A stretch of DNA of 64,000 nucleotides from Lama guanicoe. Taxonomy: Eukaryota. Of the stretch, positions 1 through 12,157 are shown in pieces (position 1 is the stretch's first letter; every line of letters starts with the position of its first letter). The DNA is taken from NCBI GenBank assembly GCA_013239625.1, contig MU054001.1:3230151-3294150 (forward strand), given 5' to 3'. The notes under the pieces were generated by a model. The model was not told the DNA's origin. It was given only the letters and a program-made list of their open reading frames with translations, and ran no database searches. A program made the position numbers and the translations under genes.

Positions 1-221
1 AAAGAAAACCCCGCCCTCCTGCCAGCTCCCTCCATAGTCGCCGTCTTGTATGAACTGACGCACTTTCAGGATCCTGAAGGCGCACAGTCACCTCTCGGCT
101 GCCCTGCTAAGGCAGTTCAGTGGAAACTCACACGAAGCAGATTCTCAGTCCAAAAAGACTGACTCTTGGTGACCCTATTGGGAGGACATGCTGGAAACCT
201 GATGCGGGACAGCCACCAGCC

Positions 222-275
222 TCCTGACCCAGCCTCGGTTTCCCCACCTGTGAAATGGGGAGGTAATCAAGATGG
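222..275 (+). mobile_element. MIR core fragment
   Basis: gcctcggtttccccacctgtgaaatggggaggtaat resembles the MIR core ctcagtttcctcatctgtaaaatggggataata. Confidence 0.55.
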
Positions 276-398
276 TGTGTCAGTGTGCCGGCAGCCCTCA
301 CATCTGATTCCCTGTCACTTGGGGACCCCATGATCAGGTAATCCACCCTTGAGTGCCCGACCCTATTTCCCTGTCTCTTTTCTCGCTTCTACCGCCTT

Positions 399-605
399 TA
401 AAAAAAAAAAAAAGATTCAATTCTCTGTTTACAATGTTGTGTTCATTTCTGATGTACAGCGTAGTGGTTCAGTTATACATATATATATATTCCTTTTCAT
501 ATTCTTTTCCATTATAGGCTATTGCAAGGTATTGAATATATATTCCCCGTGCTCTACAGTAGGACCTTGCTGTTTATCTATTTTACATATAGTAGTTAGT
601 ATCTT
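399..605 (-). mobile_element. 5'-truncated cetartiodactyl-type L1 3' end with 12-bp target-site duplication
   Basis: tttacaatgttgtgttcatttctgatgtacagc...attgaatata...gtgctctacagtagg is the reverse L1 3'UTR; flanked by ttctaccgcctt (387-398) and ttctaccacctt (606-617). Confidence 0.85.
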
Positions 606-806
606 TTCTACCACCTTGAATAATGCCTTCACCATAAAAAAAAAACTCAATAAATAAATATTCTGAATGAATTTATGCATGCATGATTGGGCAAATTTTG
701 TGGCTTTTTGTGAAACATAAATGGTTTGCGGGTGGGTATGGGCATGGGGAGGGGAAACTTCTTTTTCAATCCTATGGATTTACTTTGAAAGACCAAATAG
801 GATACA

Positions 807-1020
807 AAATAATAATAGCTAACATTTATTGTGATTAAACACATTACAGACTTATTCTAATTATGTCTCAAAGCATCCTGCTAGGGAAGCCACTATTATG
901 GTCTTCACGTCATTGATGAGGAAGGGAAGACTCAGAAAGATCAAGGGATGAGTTATTAAGCGGGAAGAGCTGGGTGTCAGGCTCAGCAACTTCTGACTAT
1001 AGGGCCCTGTGATTAAGCAT
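807..1020 (-). mobile_element. MIR SINE
   Basis: aataatagctaacatttattg (reverse MIR tail) ... gatgaggaagggaagactcagaaag (reverse core). Confidence 0.7.
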
Positions 1021-1039
1021 TTCCTTGAATGGAAGGAGG

Positions 1040-1165
1040 GTCTGGCTGTGTCCCTGCTCCTAACTTGCTGAGTGTCCTTGGGTGAGTCGCTGACCCTATC
1101 TGGTCACAAGGGAGCCCTCCTGAGCTAGGGGATGTCTTTAAATCCTTCCAGGAGAGGCATTTCAG
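1040..1165 (+). mobile_element. MIR/MIR3 fragment
   Basis: ctcctaacttgctgagtgtccttgggtgagtcgctgaccc...atgtctttaaatccttcca. Confidence 0.5.
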
Positions 1166-1999
1166 CCCTCAGTTCTCTGATCAAATGGCTCACCCTTAGA
1201 AGTCCCCCCTACAGCCCCCTCAGTTCGCCTGTGTCGTTTGTTACCCCATCCCCAGCAGTGTATCCACACAACAGTGCCTGGAGTGAACTGAATGCTCAAA
1301 AATTGTCTATCAAGCTTTGGTGGGGGCCCCCAACTGCTATAAAAATCTGCAGATTGGGTGAGGTCAGCTTCCATGCCGTAAAGAGATTCCTCACCCTGGC
1401 CCCTGAAAACAGCAATTAAAGAACCCCCGCAGGCTGAGAAGAGAACTCTGACAGTTAGAAACCAAGGCCAAACCAAACACCATGGGCGCCTCCTGCTAAG
1501 TAAGGCAGGGATGAGCCCTCTCCCTGCAGTGGGAGTGAGTCGGCCCGTAGAGGTTCCCCAGGGCTGGCGGCAGGCGGCTCCCGGGTCTTGTCCTCTGTCT
1601 CACTCACACTGGGGTGCAGGTGGGACTCGGAAGGACCGGGGATCAGAACGCTGGAGGCTTTGGTAACTGAGCAGCCCAGGCTGTCTGGCCAGGAGGGGGC
1701 TGCCATTTGGAAGGCACGCAAGCCCCCAGGAACAGATCATAGCAACCACCCACCCAAGCCTGCCTTGGGGACAGGGTTGAGGGGCCTCTCTGGTTGTACA
1801 CAAGAGCCGATAATAAAAGCACAATGCAGAGGCCTCACTCCCCAGCTGGTTGTGCACGCCCCATTCGGTTGGCGGGGGTGGCCGTCTCCCTTTCAAGTGG
1901 GCTCCGGTCCCCCTCGGCCGCCTCCTCCTTGCTTGGTCTTTTAGTCACATACCAGACATGTCTCACAGAGCAGACCCGAAACCCCAGGTGGCAGAATCC

Positions 2000-2320
2000 C
2001 AGTTTCATATAAATTAGGCTGGGTAATGCTGTTCAGACACATTTTTTTGTCTAAATCATGCAAAAATAGGATTTTCTCAGGGGCATAAATCTGGCCCAAA
2101 TCTAAACTTGAATGTACAATTGACTGGTATAGTTTATAGTGCAAACGTAGAATTATCTGGAAGACTTCTGCTTCCAAAGAGCCCGGCCCATTTTTTATCC
2201 GATCTGAAAGAAATGATTTATTTGCCGTCTTAAAAAAAAAATGCGAAAAGTCAGTGCATGGCAAAGGGGCCAGATGCAGGCCCTGATTCACCAGAGAAAC
2301 GAGCCGTGCTCCAAGCAGAC
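2000..2320. promoter_or_regulatory. Candidate conserved non-coding element/enhancer
   Basis: Repeat-free AT-rich block with TGATTTAT (2214-2221), CTAAATCA (2051-2058) and TAAT/TTTAT homeodomain sites; conservation not verified. Confidence 0.3.
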
Positions 2321-3738
2321 AGGCATCGCCCGGCACCACACGGAGGGACCGGTCCAAGTCGAGTCCCTCTGCCATGCCCCCAGTGCACACAAGTTTGAGC
2401 ATTTAGCCTTGTTTAAGGTCAGTGTTGGTTCTGTTTTCCAAAGCAGGAAATTAGGACCAAGAATTGGGAAGAAAACTGAGCGAATTCTAAAAAGAGAAAG
2501 AAAAATAATAATAATAACTTTGCGACACAGTCAACAGAGAATCATATGCCCTCTGAATAACCCCTCTAAAAATGGCACTTTGTGCCTTATAATAAAAGCA
2601 CTGCTTTGCTGACATCAGTTAGAGACACTTTCTTCAACACTTTTCTTCCTGTATCTAATTCTCTTACTTTCCAAGTCATCAAGTCAACGTGATGACCTTG
2701 AAGTTTTGACTCTAGTGTTCGAGATCCCTCGAATTTCATATGAGAGTTGGGAGTGTAGAGCCCGCACTGAGGGACAGTCCCGTTAACCAATATCTGTCCC
2801 CTTCACTCCGTGGAATGGCCTTGGGGAATTTAAAATGACAGGGGAAAAAAATCATAGTATCCTTGCTCACAAGTTGTTTAAATTCTCATGGCAGTTTGCC
2901 ATCAAACATCAAATTTATTCAATTCACAGTGACTTCAAAGAGTGCAGAACAACAACCCGAGGGCTGCATTTCTCAAAAAATATGTCAGCTGTAAGAAGGG
3001 GGAAAAAATGTTTCCTTAGGTGGATATAAAAGAAAATGACACTTGGTACCTACACCCTCCTGTTTGCCAGAAGATTCGATTTACGGATAAGCTAGTTTTT
3101 AAATGTAGCATGTTCCTAATTCTTATTCAACGACAGTTGAAAATGGGGCATTTAGGTGTAAAAAGAAAATACAAGGGGAAAAGAATTAGAGAGAAAAGTA
3201 AATTAGAACCAAAAAGGAGCCAGAGTAGGTGAAAGGTGTCAGAGGCTGTGAAAACAGCCAGAAATCTTCCTTTATGTCCTTAGATGGGGCAGGGGCCGTT
3301 GCGGGAGAGTCATCTTTAATCTCGTGAAATACAGAAGATTATCTTGGCTTGATACTAAGTTGGCTCCATCAGGGTGAGAAACAGAACTATGTGTGGGATC
3401 CCTGCGAAAGTTTCTCAGAAGGTTGCCCAGCACCCTTCTGGCAGCTTCCAGTCCACGCTCATGCCTGGGCCATGTGTTTTTTAATGTGCTCACTGCATCA
3501 GTTGCACCCTCGCCTCCACTGCTCTTCCTGGGACCCGAGACCTAGCCCCACCCTGGATCTCAGCCTCACCGCCCTCCCTTAACCCACTACCCTGCAGTCT
3601 ACACTGCAGAGTCCAGAGCACAGGAAATTGCCCCCTGGCCTTCTTCTCCTAGCAAATGCCTACTCACTTTTCTCTTAGAAGCCACTTGCTGGTGGAAATC
3701 TTCCCTAACTTCTGAAATGAATCAGCACCAGGTGACAG

Positions 3739-3910
3739 CAGAGATTACAAACAGCAAGCCCCCAAACTTATCCAGTCAACAGTCATGTTTTAGTTTTGTT
3801 TTGAGTCCATATTTTTTAAATGTGAGTATTTCACATCAAAATCCAGATTATCAGCTTTTTTTTTTTTTAATTAGAAGATCTACTATTGCTGGACTCATAT
3901 TCCCCGGAAG
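3739..3910 (+). mobile_element. hAT-Charlie DNA transposon fossil (MER102-like)
   Basis: cagagattacaaac...atttcacatcaaaatccagattatcagctt...agaagatctactattgctggactcatattccc matches the recalled MER102 consensus. Confidence 0.6.
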
Positions 3911-4309
3911 TTTAGCCAGAACAGAGGGGTGGGGGAAGGTGATGATCTTAGCCGCTGTTTCAGGGAATATTCTCCAAAAGTAGCATTTTTTTGGACAATA
4001 TTTTAATTAAGGTATGTTAGCGTAACTCTGGTTTAAATGATGCTGGGAGCAAGACTGAAAGATTCTCTGAGTACCTGCGAAGCAGCTGGCTGAGCAGAGG
4101 CATTACCCATGCAGGGAGGCAGGGGCTCTTTATTTGCATCACCCCCAGTTCTTCAAGCTCCCCCAGCAAAATGTGCATCGTGAAGGGCCAGCTCCAACCC
4201 ATCCTGGTCACTGCCAAATCCCTGGTACAACTAAGAAGAAATGTGCTCTCCAGTCCGAAGGCTCACTTTGCAAATTGCTAGTAAATCCAGTGGTGCTTTC
4301 TAGGACAAA

Positions 4310-4508
4310 GCTTGCTACTTACCTGCCCTGTGATCTTGGGCAAGTCACGGAACCCCTCCTCATTTTATAAATAGGCCTAACAATGGTGATGATGGCATCA
4401 GTGTTAACAACCCTTCTCTCACAGTGTGCTCTGAGCATTAAATGAGAATATCACAGTGGAGGTACTATAGCAACTTAAAATGGTCACACACACAAGTTTT
4501 ACTTATTC
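4310..4508 (+). mobile_element. MIR SINE
   Basis: ctgtgatcttgggcaagtcac...gagcattaaatgagaata. Confidence 0.7.
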
Positions 4509-4514
4509 TGATGA

Positions 4515-4705
4515 TTATGATAACGAGTGAACATTTACTACATTCCAGGTACTATGCAATCCACTTTATGGGCAATCTTCCTATGAGAAGCCACTGAAAA
4601 TTGCCCATTTTATAGATGGGCAATTTTATAGAAACTCAGATTGCGTCATTTGCCCCAAATCATCAGCTGCTATAAGACAGACCCAGATCTGAACCCAGCT
4701 CTGTT
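4515..4705 (-). mobile_element. MIR SINE
   Basis: cccattttatagatg...gaaactcaga...gatctgaacccag (reverse MIR core and head). Confidence 0.65.
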
Positions 4706-4769
4706 GAATATTTCCAAGCAACATCATAGGGCTTAAAAAATTTTAAAGACCACAAAATGATTGTTGCAG

Positions 4770-5000
4770 TAGCAATGGAAACCGTTCACATGTATTGAGC
4801 CATTTCTTGTGTTAGGAGCCAGCCCTGCTGGCACATCACATGTCTTAGCTCTTTGAACAGTCACGAGGTGGGAAGCTGTTTTATTCTCTACTGTTCTTGG
4901 CTGGGTGGGTATGACAAAATATCACAGGTTTTATTGCTCAAGAGACGTGATGACCAGTTGAAATTGACCAAAGTTGTCAAGCTGCTGGAAGCTGATGGCT
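4770..5000 (-). mobile_element. MIR SINE (degenerate)
   Basis: atgtattgagccatttcttgtgttagg...aaattgaccaaagttgtcaagctgctggaag. Confidence 0.5.
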
Positions 5001-5024
5001 ACCTTACGGGCTTTATCCTCCACT

Positions 5025-5115
5025 GTGTTTCCAATGGTTAGCCCAATGCCCAGCACACAGTAGAGGCTCAGTTAATATCTCTAGGCCTTAATATCTATAG
5101 GATAAGTGAATGAGG
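5025..5115 (+). mobile_element. L2 3' end
   Basis: caatgcccagcacacagtagaggctcagttaatat...gtgaatga. Confidence 0.55.
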
Positions 5116-5334
5116 GAGCAAAGGCATGAACCTTGCTGACTCCTAAGAGGTGCTGTAAACGCGATTTGACTGAAATCACACGTCAACTGTTAAACGTTTT
5201 ACACTATCCATCCCTTGCTCTAGCCTGGCGTGGAGACTCTTCTCAAAAAATCTGCGGGTTATTCACTAGACTAAGATAAAAATGGGTTAATTCCCCAGGA
5301 TCCAATCCCTGTTAGCCTAGGAGTCTTTCTGCAA

Positions 5335-5545
5335 CCAATATGGGTTTACCATGTACAAGATACATGTGTTTAATTTAACCCCACTAAGTCTATTATTATC
5401 ATCATCGTCTCCAGTTTTCTGACAAAGTAGAAGCCGAAAAAGGTGAAGTAAATTTGCCCAAGATTCCACAGCTATAGTAAGGAAGGAGTTAGGCTCTGAA
5501 ACTGGGTTTGCCTGATTTCAGAATCTATGCTGTTGACCCAAAGGC
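5335..5545 (-). mobile_element. MIR SINE
   Basis: ggtgaagtaaatttgcccaagattccacagcta...gggtttgcctgatttcagaatc. Confidence 0.7.
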
Positions 5546-6384
5546 CCTGTGGATTAGCCCTGCTCTCAAATTGGGTCCTAGAAATTTGGAAAACGAAAGT
5601 TGTACCACCTGACTGGGCATTTTCCCATTCAGGTCTGGGGAACTCTTAAAACAGTTCGGACAATTCCCCCTCTCACTTGTAAAACTTTTGGGAAGAAAAC
5701 CACACGAAGCTTTTAACACTGTTTGTGTATTTGTGAATATCCTTAAGCTTCAAGGTCTGATATGATAGCAATCTTAATATCAACCAGAATTTTCACAAAT
5801 GCTCATTTGTGATAAACTGTTCCACAGGCATTTGTGAATAACTTTCTATGGGGAGGGGAATCTGTCTCCTTCATATAGTATCTCTCCAGTTGGTCAAAGT
5901 CACTTAAGTCAGACTTTTTGATGTTTCACACAGAATCTGAGCATAATTTATTTTCTGGAAAAATTGTAAAAGGCTAATAAACATATTACTAAGTTCATAA
6001 GGGGGAGCATACAAGTCCTTTAAGAGAGCAAACAATTCTCAAGCAATTTAAAGACACCCTGTCATTAGTTTGGTGTGCTAATTACAAATCATTCTAATTG
6101 ATTCAATAGTCTCCTGAAAGACTTCCATAATGTACTAGGCAAACACTTTATTAGCCAAGCTGAGTTACTGTAGGTTCTTAAAAGAAAAAAAAAAAAGCTT
6201 TCTTGAGAACAATATCAAGTCAGAATTTCTTCCTATGAGAGAAGGACCCTTTCTTTGACTTTATTCTCAATGGGTGTTTGTTTCACTGTTTTGACTTCTT
6301 GCTTTTATTTAATGAATGCTAATGTGAGACAGAAAAGAAGAAAATGGACTTGGGTCCTTTCCCTACATCCATCTTGTCTCCTTT

Positions 6385-6945
6385 TGTAGGAAACATCTGT
6401 TGTTCATTCTTGACCAGGATCAATTCCCCTTTTTTCTTTAACAGTCCTGTGTTTTTCTTTTTTTTCTTTCTTTCTTTTTTTTTTTTTTACTTTTCGGGAG
6501 CCGCCATATCTCCATTGTCTGTCCAGGCAGATTAGACAGATTGGAAGCAGGATGCATGTAGGACTCAAGGCTGGCCAAAAAACACGTTCGTTCTCTACCT
6601 GGTTCCTAACAATGAATTCAGGATGGGCATGTGTCTCAAGGCGGGCCAACGAGAGTAAGCACTGGTTACCCTGGAATTGCTGAGCTGGGAGAATGTAGGT
6701 TAGGAGCCTGACGGGCACCGCAGGAGAGAAGCCAATGAAGAGGTGGAGACAAAGAGAGGTAAGGAGACTCCTGATATTATTTGATACTCTGGATTAGGTC
6801 GTGCCTAAAATCATTTGTACTCCTGGGTATTCCATTTAAATGGACCAATACATTCCTTTTTTTTTTTAATTTTCTTTTTGCTCAACCTTCTTTAGGTCAT
6901 GTTTATATTCACTTGAATGAATATAAAAGATTTTTTTTCACTAAA
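6385..6945 (+). mobile_element. MaLR solo LTR (MLT1K-like)
   Basis: Starts tgtaggaaacatctgttgtt; contains ctggattaggtcgtgcctaaa and ccaatacattcc...ttgctcaacc, the MLT1K/L 3' signature. Confidence 0.7.
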
Positions 6946-7827
6946 GGAATCATTTAAAATAAAAAATTTTTTCCATGTATATAATTTTATCTCCTTAAGA
7001 TAAGACTAACTTCCTCTGAAATGGTTCAAATTGAAAACACTAATAGTTCCTTTATGTCACAACTGAAGACTGTTCATCTGACTTTTAGGCTCAAAACTTA
7101 GATAAGCAAAATATTTCACATATCTATATTCTCAATCATTTTAATTTTGATTGAAAATTAAATTAATCAAATCCTCCACCTCCTCCTCCCTTAGTCTCCA
7201 AGAATGACTTCCTTGACTTGAGGAATCCCTTGATCCTCATTCCATGAGCTCCTCAGTGAGCATGAGATTTTGGAAATAAAAACCATGAAGCTCTGCCGTA
7301 AATCACCTCAAAGCCAAGGAAGCACAGAAACTTCTTCCTACCTGATGTGGAAAGAGAATTATTCAACAAAAAACACAAAGTTCAAGAAAAAAATATAATT
7401 CAATGCAAAAAAAATACCCACTGCCACTGTCTTGAAAATTAATTTTTGCCCAGTGAAGAAGAGCTTGAAGGATCAAGTTGGCCATAGAGTCTGCAGAAAA
7501 CGATGATGGTAATACCCTTAAGAAAAAAGCAAGACATTTGAATCTTATTCTAGTCTTGGACTCAAGACCATAATGGTCATTTCCCATTTGGGGTGTCAAT
7601 TTGCCATCTGTAACACGGGGATAAGCAGATATACTTCTCCAAAAACATAGCAAAGATACAAGAGCTCCTTGCCCACAATAGCTATGTAAGAATATAATCC
7701 AATATCCAAAGCAAATCAATCTCCTAGACTGGTACCTAAGGAGCCAAGTTTTACAGAGCTTTCCAGGTGATTCTGCAAAACCAGCAAGTCTGAGAAAGAA
7801 GGGGAAGCACTAATGCTTTGAGTAAAG

Positions 7828-7982
7828 CAGTGGCTCTCAAAATAATTTAGATTCATCAGTGAAGTTGCTTATAAAAATAAATGTCCCTGGGCCATACCCT
7901 CAGGCCTGCCACCATGAGGCCAGGGATCCTGCCCATTCAAGAAGTAACATTGGTGACTCAGAGCCTGGAGTTGGAACCAAAG
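7828..7982. mobile_element. MER5-family hAT-Charlie MITE (a second MER5 fragment lies at about 7720-7800)
   Basis: cagtggctctcaaa...ccctgggccataccctcagg...ggtgactc...ttggaacca; upstream gctttccaggtgattctg...tctgagaa. Confidence 0.6.
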
Positions 7983-8996
7983 CCATAGATGACCCTCCAG
8001 AAAGCCCTCTCTTCCTGCTGGCTGGCTTGGCCTTAGTTGTTCTAAGAAGCAGCCCCCACAGAGTAAAGAGTCTCTGGGCTGCTTTGGGGAGCCCATCACA
8101 GCAGCCTGGACTGGTCATGTTGATCATCTGTGGGGACAAGTTGGTCTTCAAGAACTGAAATCAGACTCTCTGGTTTCGACAAATATAACATAGCAGACGA
8201 TTGTTTTTGTGTCTTGCTTTTTAAAAGTGAAAGGGCATTTTTGGTGGTCAGTGTGGGGAGAGCTATTGACAGTTCACGCCTGTGCAAAATGCCGTCGATG
8301 CTTCCATGAAAAATACTGGCCAGGGGCCAGGCCAATGTTCTCTGGGAATGAGAAGCTCAGAGGACAGTTATAACACAGCCAGTGGAGGAGAATCTTTGTT
8401 ATTCGAAGACCTTGTGTGGTACTCAATGAGGTGTGGTGTAGATCCAGCAAAAGGACATCCAAATTTGAAGGAGCTGACACAAATGTGGGGTCTACCCTTG
8501 GATATGAGAATGAGCACTGTGGTTTCTCCTCCATGTCCCAGAGTTATGTCTAACATGAAGGGCAAGAGCAATGGTGGTCAGCATGAGAGAGTCCACCTTG
8601 CTTTGCTTTAGTCCAGAAGTCACAGACCATAGGTCACATCTAACCCCCATTTTTGAACTCAAGACAAAGAATTTTGAAACTAAACACCCACAGAACTCTA
8701 AAAAATTCTTAACACTCACTGCCAGCACTTAGAATTTTTGAGATTTCCCATTGAAATCCCCACCTTGCGCTTCTTTTGAAAAAAATTCAGTCTCAGGGAC
8801 AGTGGGCTGTGTTTCCATGGCACCATGCTGGAGGCGATGAGCTACTGTTGCCCCAGAGGTGAGCCCTTCATCTTTCTCCTCTGGTGCAAGCATTTCTGGA
8901 ACCAGCCTGGCCTTGGCAGGTATTTGCATTTGTGAGTTTCATGAAGTCATTTCCTCCTTCTGCAGAACATTTTTTTCTGTAAGTCTTAAATAGAAT

Positions 8997-9587
8997 TGTT
9001 GCCGGAAAATGAGTGCGAGGAGCATGGCCATGTACCAGGTATCAGGTGAGTCTCTGGGGTGCACTCCACCAAGTGAGGGTCCTTGGCTTCACACAGGAAA
9101 AAATTCAAGATGAGCCATAGTAGAGTGAAAGTAGATTATTCAGGGAGATACTCACTCCGTAGCCAGCGCACTAGGCCATCTCAAAACGCAAGAGAGAGAA
9201 GCAGCAGGCAAGAGGCGGCCCCAGAGCATGAGGTCATCTAAGAAAATGAGGTCGGCCATGCAGTGTCAGGGTGGTTAGCTTTTATGGGCTCGGTAATTTC
9301 ATGTAACAAATTGGGGAGTTATTCCAACTACTTTGGGGAAGGGACAGGGATTCCCAGGAATTGAGCCCTGCCTACTTTTTGGCCTTTATGATCAGCCTCA
9401 GACCTGTCACAGGGCCTGTGGGAGGGATTTTTAGCATGCTAATATATTACAATGAGCATATAATGGGGCTCAAGGTCCACTGGGAGTTGAATTTCCGCCA
9501 TCTTGATTCTAACCAGTTTTTGTCCTATCCTCAATGGCTGTGTCATTCTTTTTATGGTTGTGCCCTGCCCCCTTCCCTCCTGTCTCA
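8997..9587 (-). mobile_element. ERV1-class solo LTR (LTR8/MER4-like)
   Basis: TG...CA termini (tgttgccgg...tgtctca); 4-bp TSD gaat/ggat; ggtccttggcttcacacaggaaaaaattcaag and gccatcttgattctaaccag are typical of ERV1 LTRs read in reverse. Confidence 0.75.
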
Positions 9588-9599
9588 GGATCACCTCCA

Positions 9600-9720
9600 C
9601 TACCCAGATGGGCAAAACCAGGTGAATGGGTCCCATTTCACAGATGGAGAGACCAAACCCCAGGGAGGGGGCAGGATTTCCCTGAGATCAAAGAGCATCG
9701 TGACATCCATAAATCAGACC
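9600..9720 (-). mobile_element. MIR fragment
   Basis: cccatttcacagatggagagaccaaaccccagggagggggcaggatttccctgagatca. Confidence 0.6.
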
Positions 9721-9859
9721 ACTTCTCCCTTCCCCCTGGCCCCTACCCCTTCCACTTATTTCTAAGTGAGGTTATTACCCCAGCTCGCTTCAGGTGTTCC
9801 TGGCTTTGTGTCTCCATAAAAGAATGGGACTGAGCTCTGTTTGGCTTCCCCATCCTCTT

Positions 9860-10205
9860 CCTGACAGCGCTATTTAATGGACAAACAGTTTGTTTTATTT
9901 ATCTGACAGGGTTTCTTCACATTGTTTCGGGTTATCAGCCCTCCCCTGCAGCTCATATTACAGCTTGTGCCGGGGTTCGACCCTCAGTAGGGTTCACTCT
10001 AAATCAGATCCTTATCGTAACTGCAGTGATAAATAGAGAGGCGAAGGGAGCCCACAGCCGGGTTATTTATTTAGTACCTCTGCGGATCATGTTTTATACA
10101 GCCGGGCCTTTTACCCATCCAGCTTCGGTTGCATTCAGGAACTAAAACCCAAAGCCCCTTAAATAATGTTCATTTAATAGCTGACGTTTTTATGAAATAA
10201 GTCTG
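9860..10205. promoter_or_regulatory. Candidate conserved enhancer (MEIS/HOX motifs)
   Basis: Repeat-free; TGACAG at 9862-9867 and 9904-9909, TTTAATGG, TTTTATGA at 10188-10195, retained CpGs; conservation inferred only. Confidence 0.45.
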
Positions 10206-10263
10206 TGTGGAAGGGGCTGGAATGGGATGATGCAGACAGAACACTGGAGCTGGGTTTCAGAGG

Positions 10264-10271
10264 GTGTGTGC

Positions 10272-10311
<40 letters not shown>
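10264..10311. repeat. (TG)n microsatellite with two TGCG interruptions
   Basis: gtgtgtgcgtgcgtgtgtgtg... read directly. Confidence 0.95.
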
Positions 10312-10314
<3 letters not shown>

Positions 10315-11987
10315 GTGAGGGGAGTTGAAAGAGGAGAGGACCTGGAGGGAGAGCTTTGATTTTCAAGTTTCTTCCAAACCAACAGAGAAGGCTTTGCTTT
10401 CAGGAGATGTCTCCCTTGGAGGTCTCTGGTTTTTAAAAAGAGAATTAAAAAAGAGAAGTCGGAATTAAGGTATACATTATGCTTCTCGGGGAGGTGGGCA
10501 AATGGGCATGAAGTCTTCCATAGGGGTGCGGGGTTGTTTATGTGGGGCACGAAGGAGGGGTTCTCTCTGTGAATTATCTTGGACAGAACCTTCTGGGGGG
10601 TGGGCGGTGGGCACGGGAACCGTCTGGCAGGAGCCTCGTTTCCATCCTGTTCCTCAAATACAAACTTTTGACATTTTCCACCAGTGAAGTCACACACACA
10701 GTCATTATATTGTGTGTGTGTGTGCACTGTGCATGTTAAATGTGTTATTTGGCCCAAAGTCATTATTTCATATAGCCAACTTATTATTATTTGTTTTAGA
10801 ATCATCCAATAGCATTTTTTTATTCTTTTTTTGAAAACACTAGCAGTTGAAAATATGCAAGCAGCATAAACAACTTTCAACCGTCAAGTCCAGTGGGGAC
10901 ATCTGGGTGCACAATGCCACCGCCCTTTCCTTCCAGGGTTTCCTGGGTCACCGTCAGAGCCTCCCCCAGTTAGAACTTGAAGGAAAAGGTAGGGTCTTGT
11001 TTAAATCGTCCCCAACTGAACTGTACCTTCCAAGAGAGGCAGGAAAAATAGCCTTTTGATGTGCCCCACAATGGAAATGCAAATTCTCCCCCATCTCCTA
11101 GATACCTGGGCCCGACTCACTCCTCTCTACTGTAATCTGCTTAGCTCGTGCAGTGAATGACAAAAACAAAGAGCCTTTCTGTAAAAGAAAAAGAAGAGGG
11201 GAGAAAGTGGATTCCGTACCCTTTTTCTTAGTCCTCGCCAAATCCTCTCTCCGGGGTTTCAGCACGCGGCAGCGAGCACTGGGCATGTAGTCTGTCTTTC
11301 TGTTTGCTGTTCACCACTGAAATGATGACACCATCCCTGGAGGGGCCTCCATCCAAGGAGCTAGGGCATACTTGGCAATGTTTCCTTAGCTTGGGATCTG
11401 GGGAAGGCTCCGGGAGTGAGGGCATCCTGATCGATCTTTCTAAGAAATGCCACCTATCGGGCTCAAAAATGTGAGATGATCTCTGGGCAGGGATGGCCTG
11501 AGCCCTCTTGCTGAGTCATAGAGTGTGGCTGTGAGGATCCCTGCATCACAGCATGCACAGGCTGCCAGGGTGGAGTAAGATAGGACCCTCTGGATGGAAT
11601 GGAGCACCAGGGGCTTCACGCTGGTACATGACCGGCTCAGAGGTCTGGAGGTTTTACAGAACCTGGGAGGTGTCATTCAGTGTCAATACTCAAAGATTCA
11701 AGACAGGCAAAGAGGTCAGGCTCTGAAATGCATGAGAGTTGAGTGCCTGGCCCAGCACCTAGAAGATGCTTCACACTGGCTCGTCAACCAACAGGACACC
11801 ACAGCGAAGGCACCATTGTTGGGGGAAGACGGGGACGAGACTGTGGTCACCATGGTAGGGGAAGGAAGCCACGGTTAGAACCACATGTAGATAATTAGAA
11901 AAAGACCGTGGGTTCATTTGGATTTCTAAACTTCTAAAAATGATGGTAGTTATGTATACTGAAAAGAATTAATCAAGAATTATCAAG

Positions 11988-12118
11988 GGGAGAAGGGTAT
12001 AGCTCAAGCGGTAGAGCACATGCTTAGCATGCATGAGGTCCTGAGTTCAATTCCCAGTACCTCCATCAAAAAAAGAAAAAAAATCTAATTACCTCCCCCT
12101 GCAAAAAAAATAAATAAG
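11988..12118 (+). mobile_element. Camelid tRNA-derived SINE (Vic-1 type) with perfect 11-bp TSD
   Basis: gggagaagggtatagctcaagcggtagagcacatgcttagcatgcatgaggtcctgagttcaattcccagtacctcca (A box and B box), A-rich tail with ctaattacctcccc; TSD gaattatcaag at 11977-11987 and 12119-12129. Confidence 0.9.
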
Positions 12119-12157
12119 GAATTATCAAGAAATGCATTCCCTTGCTATTACTTTTAT

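Noticed and set aside
10257..10880. Longest ORF (207 aa, minus strand)
   Set aside because: It runs through TG microsatellites (THTHTH tract) and has no protein-like homology; chance ORF
11988..12065. tRNA gene
   Set aside because: The tRNA-like head is followed by a SINE A-rich tail and flanked by a TSD, and a second dispersed copy exists; it is a SINE
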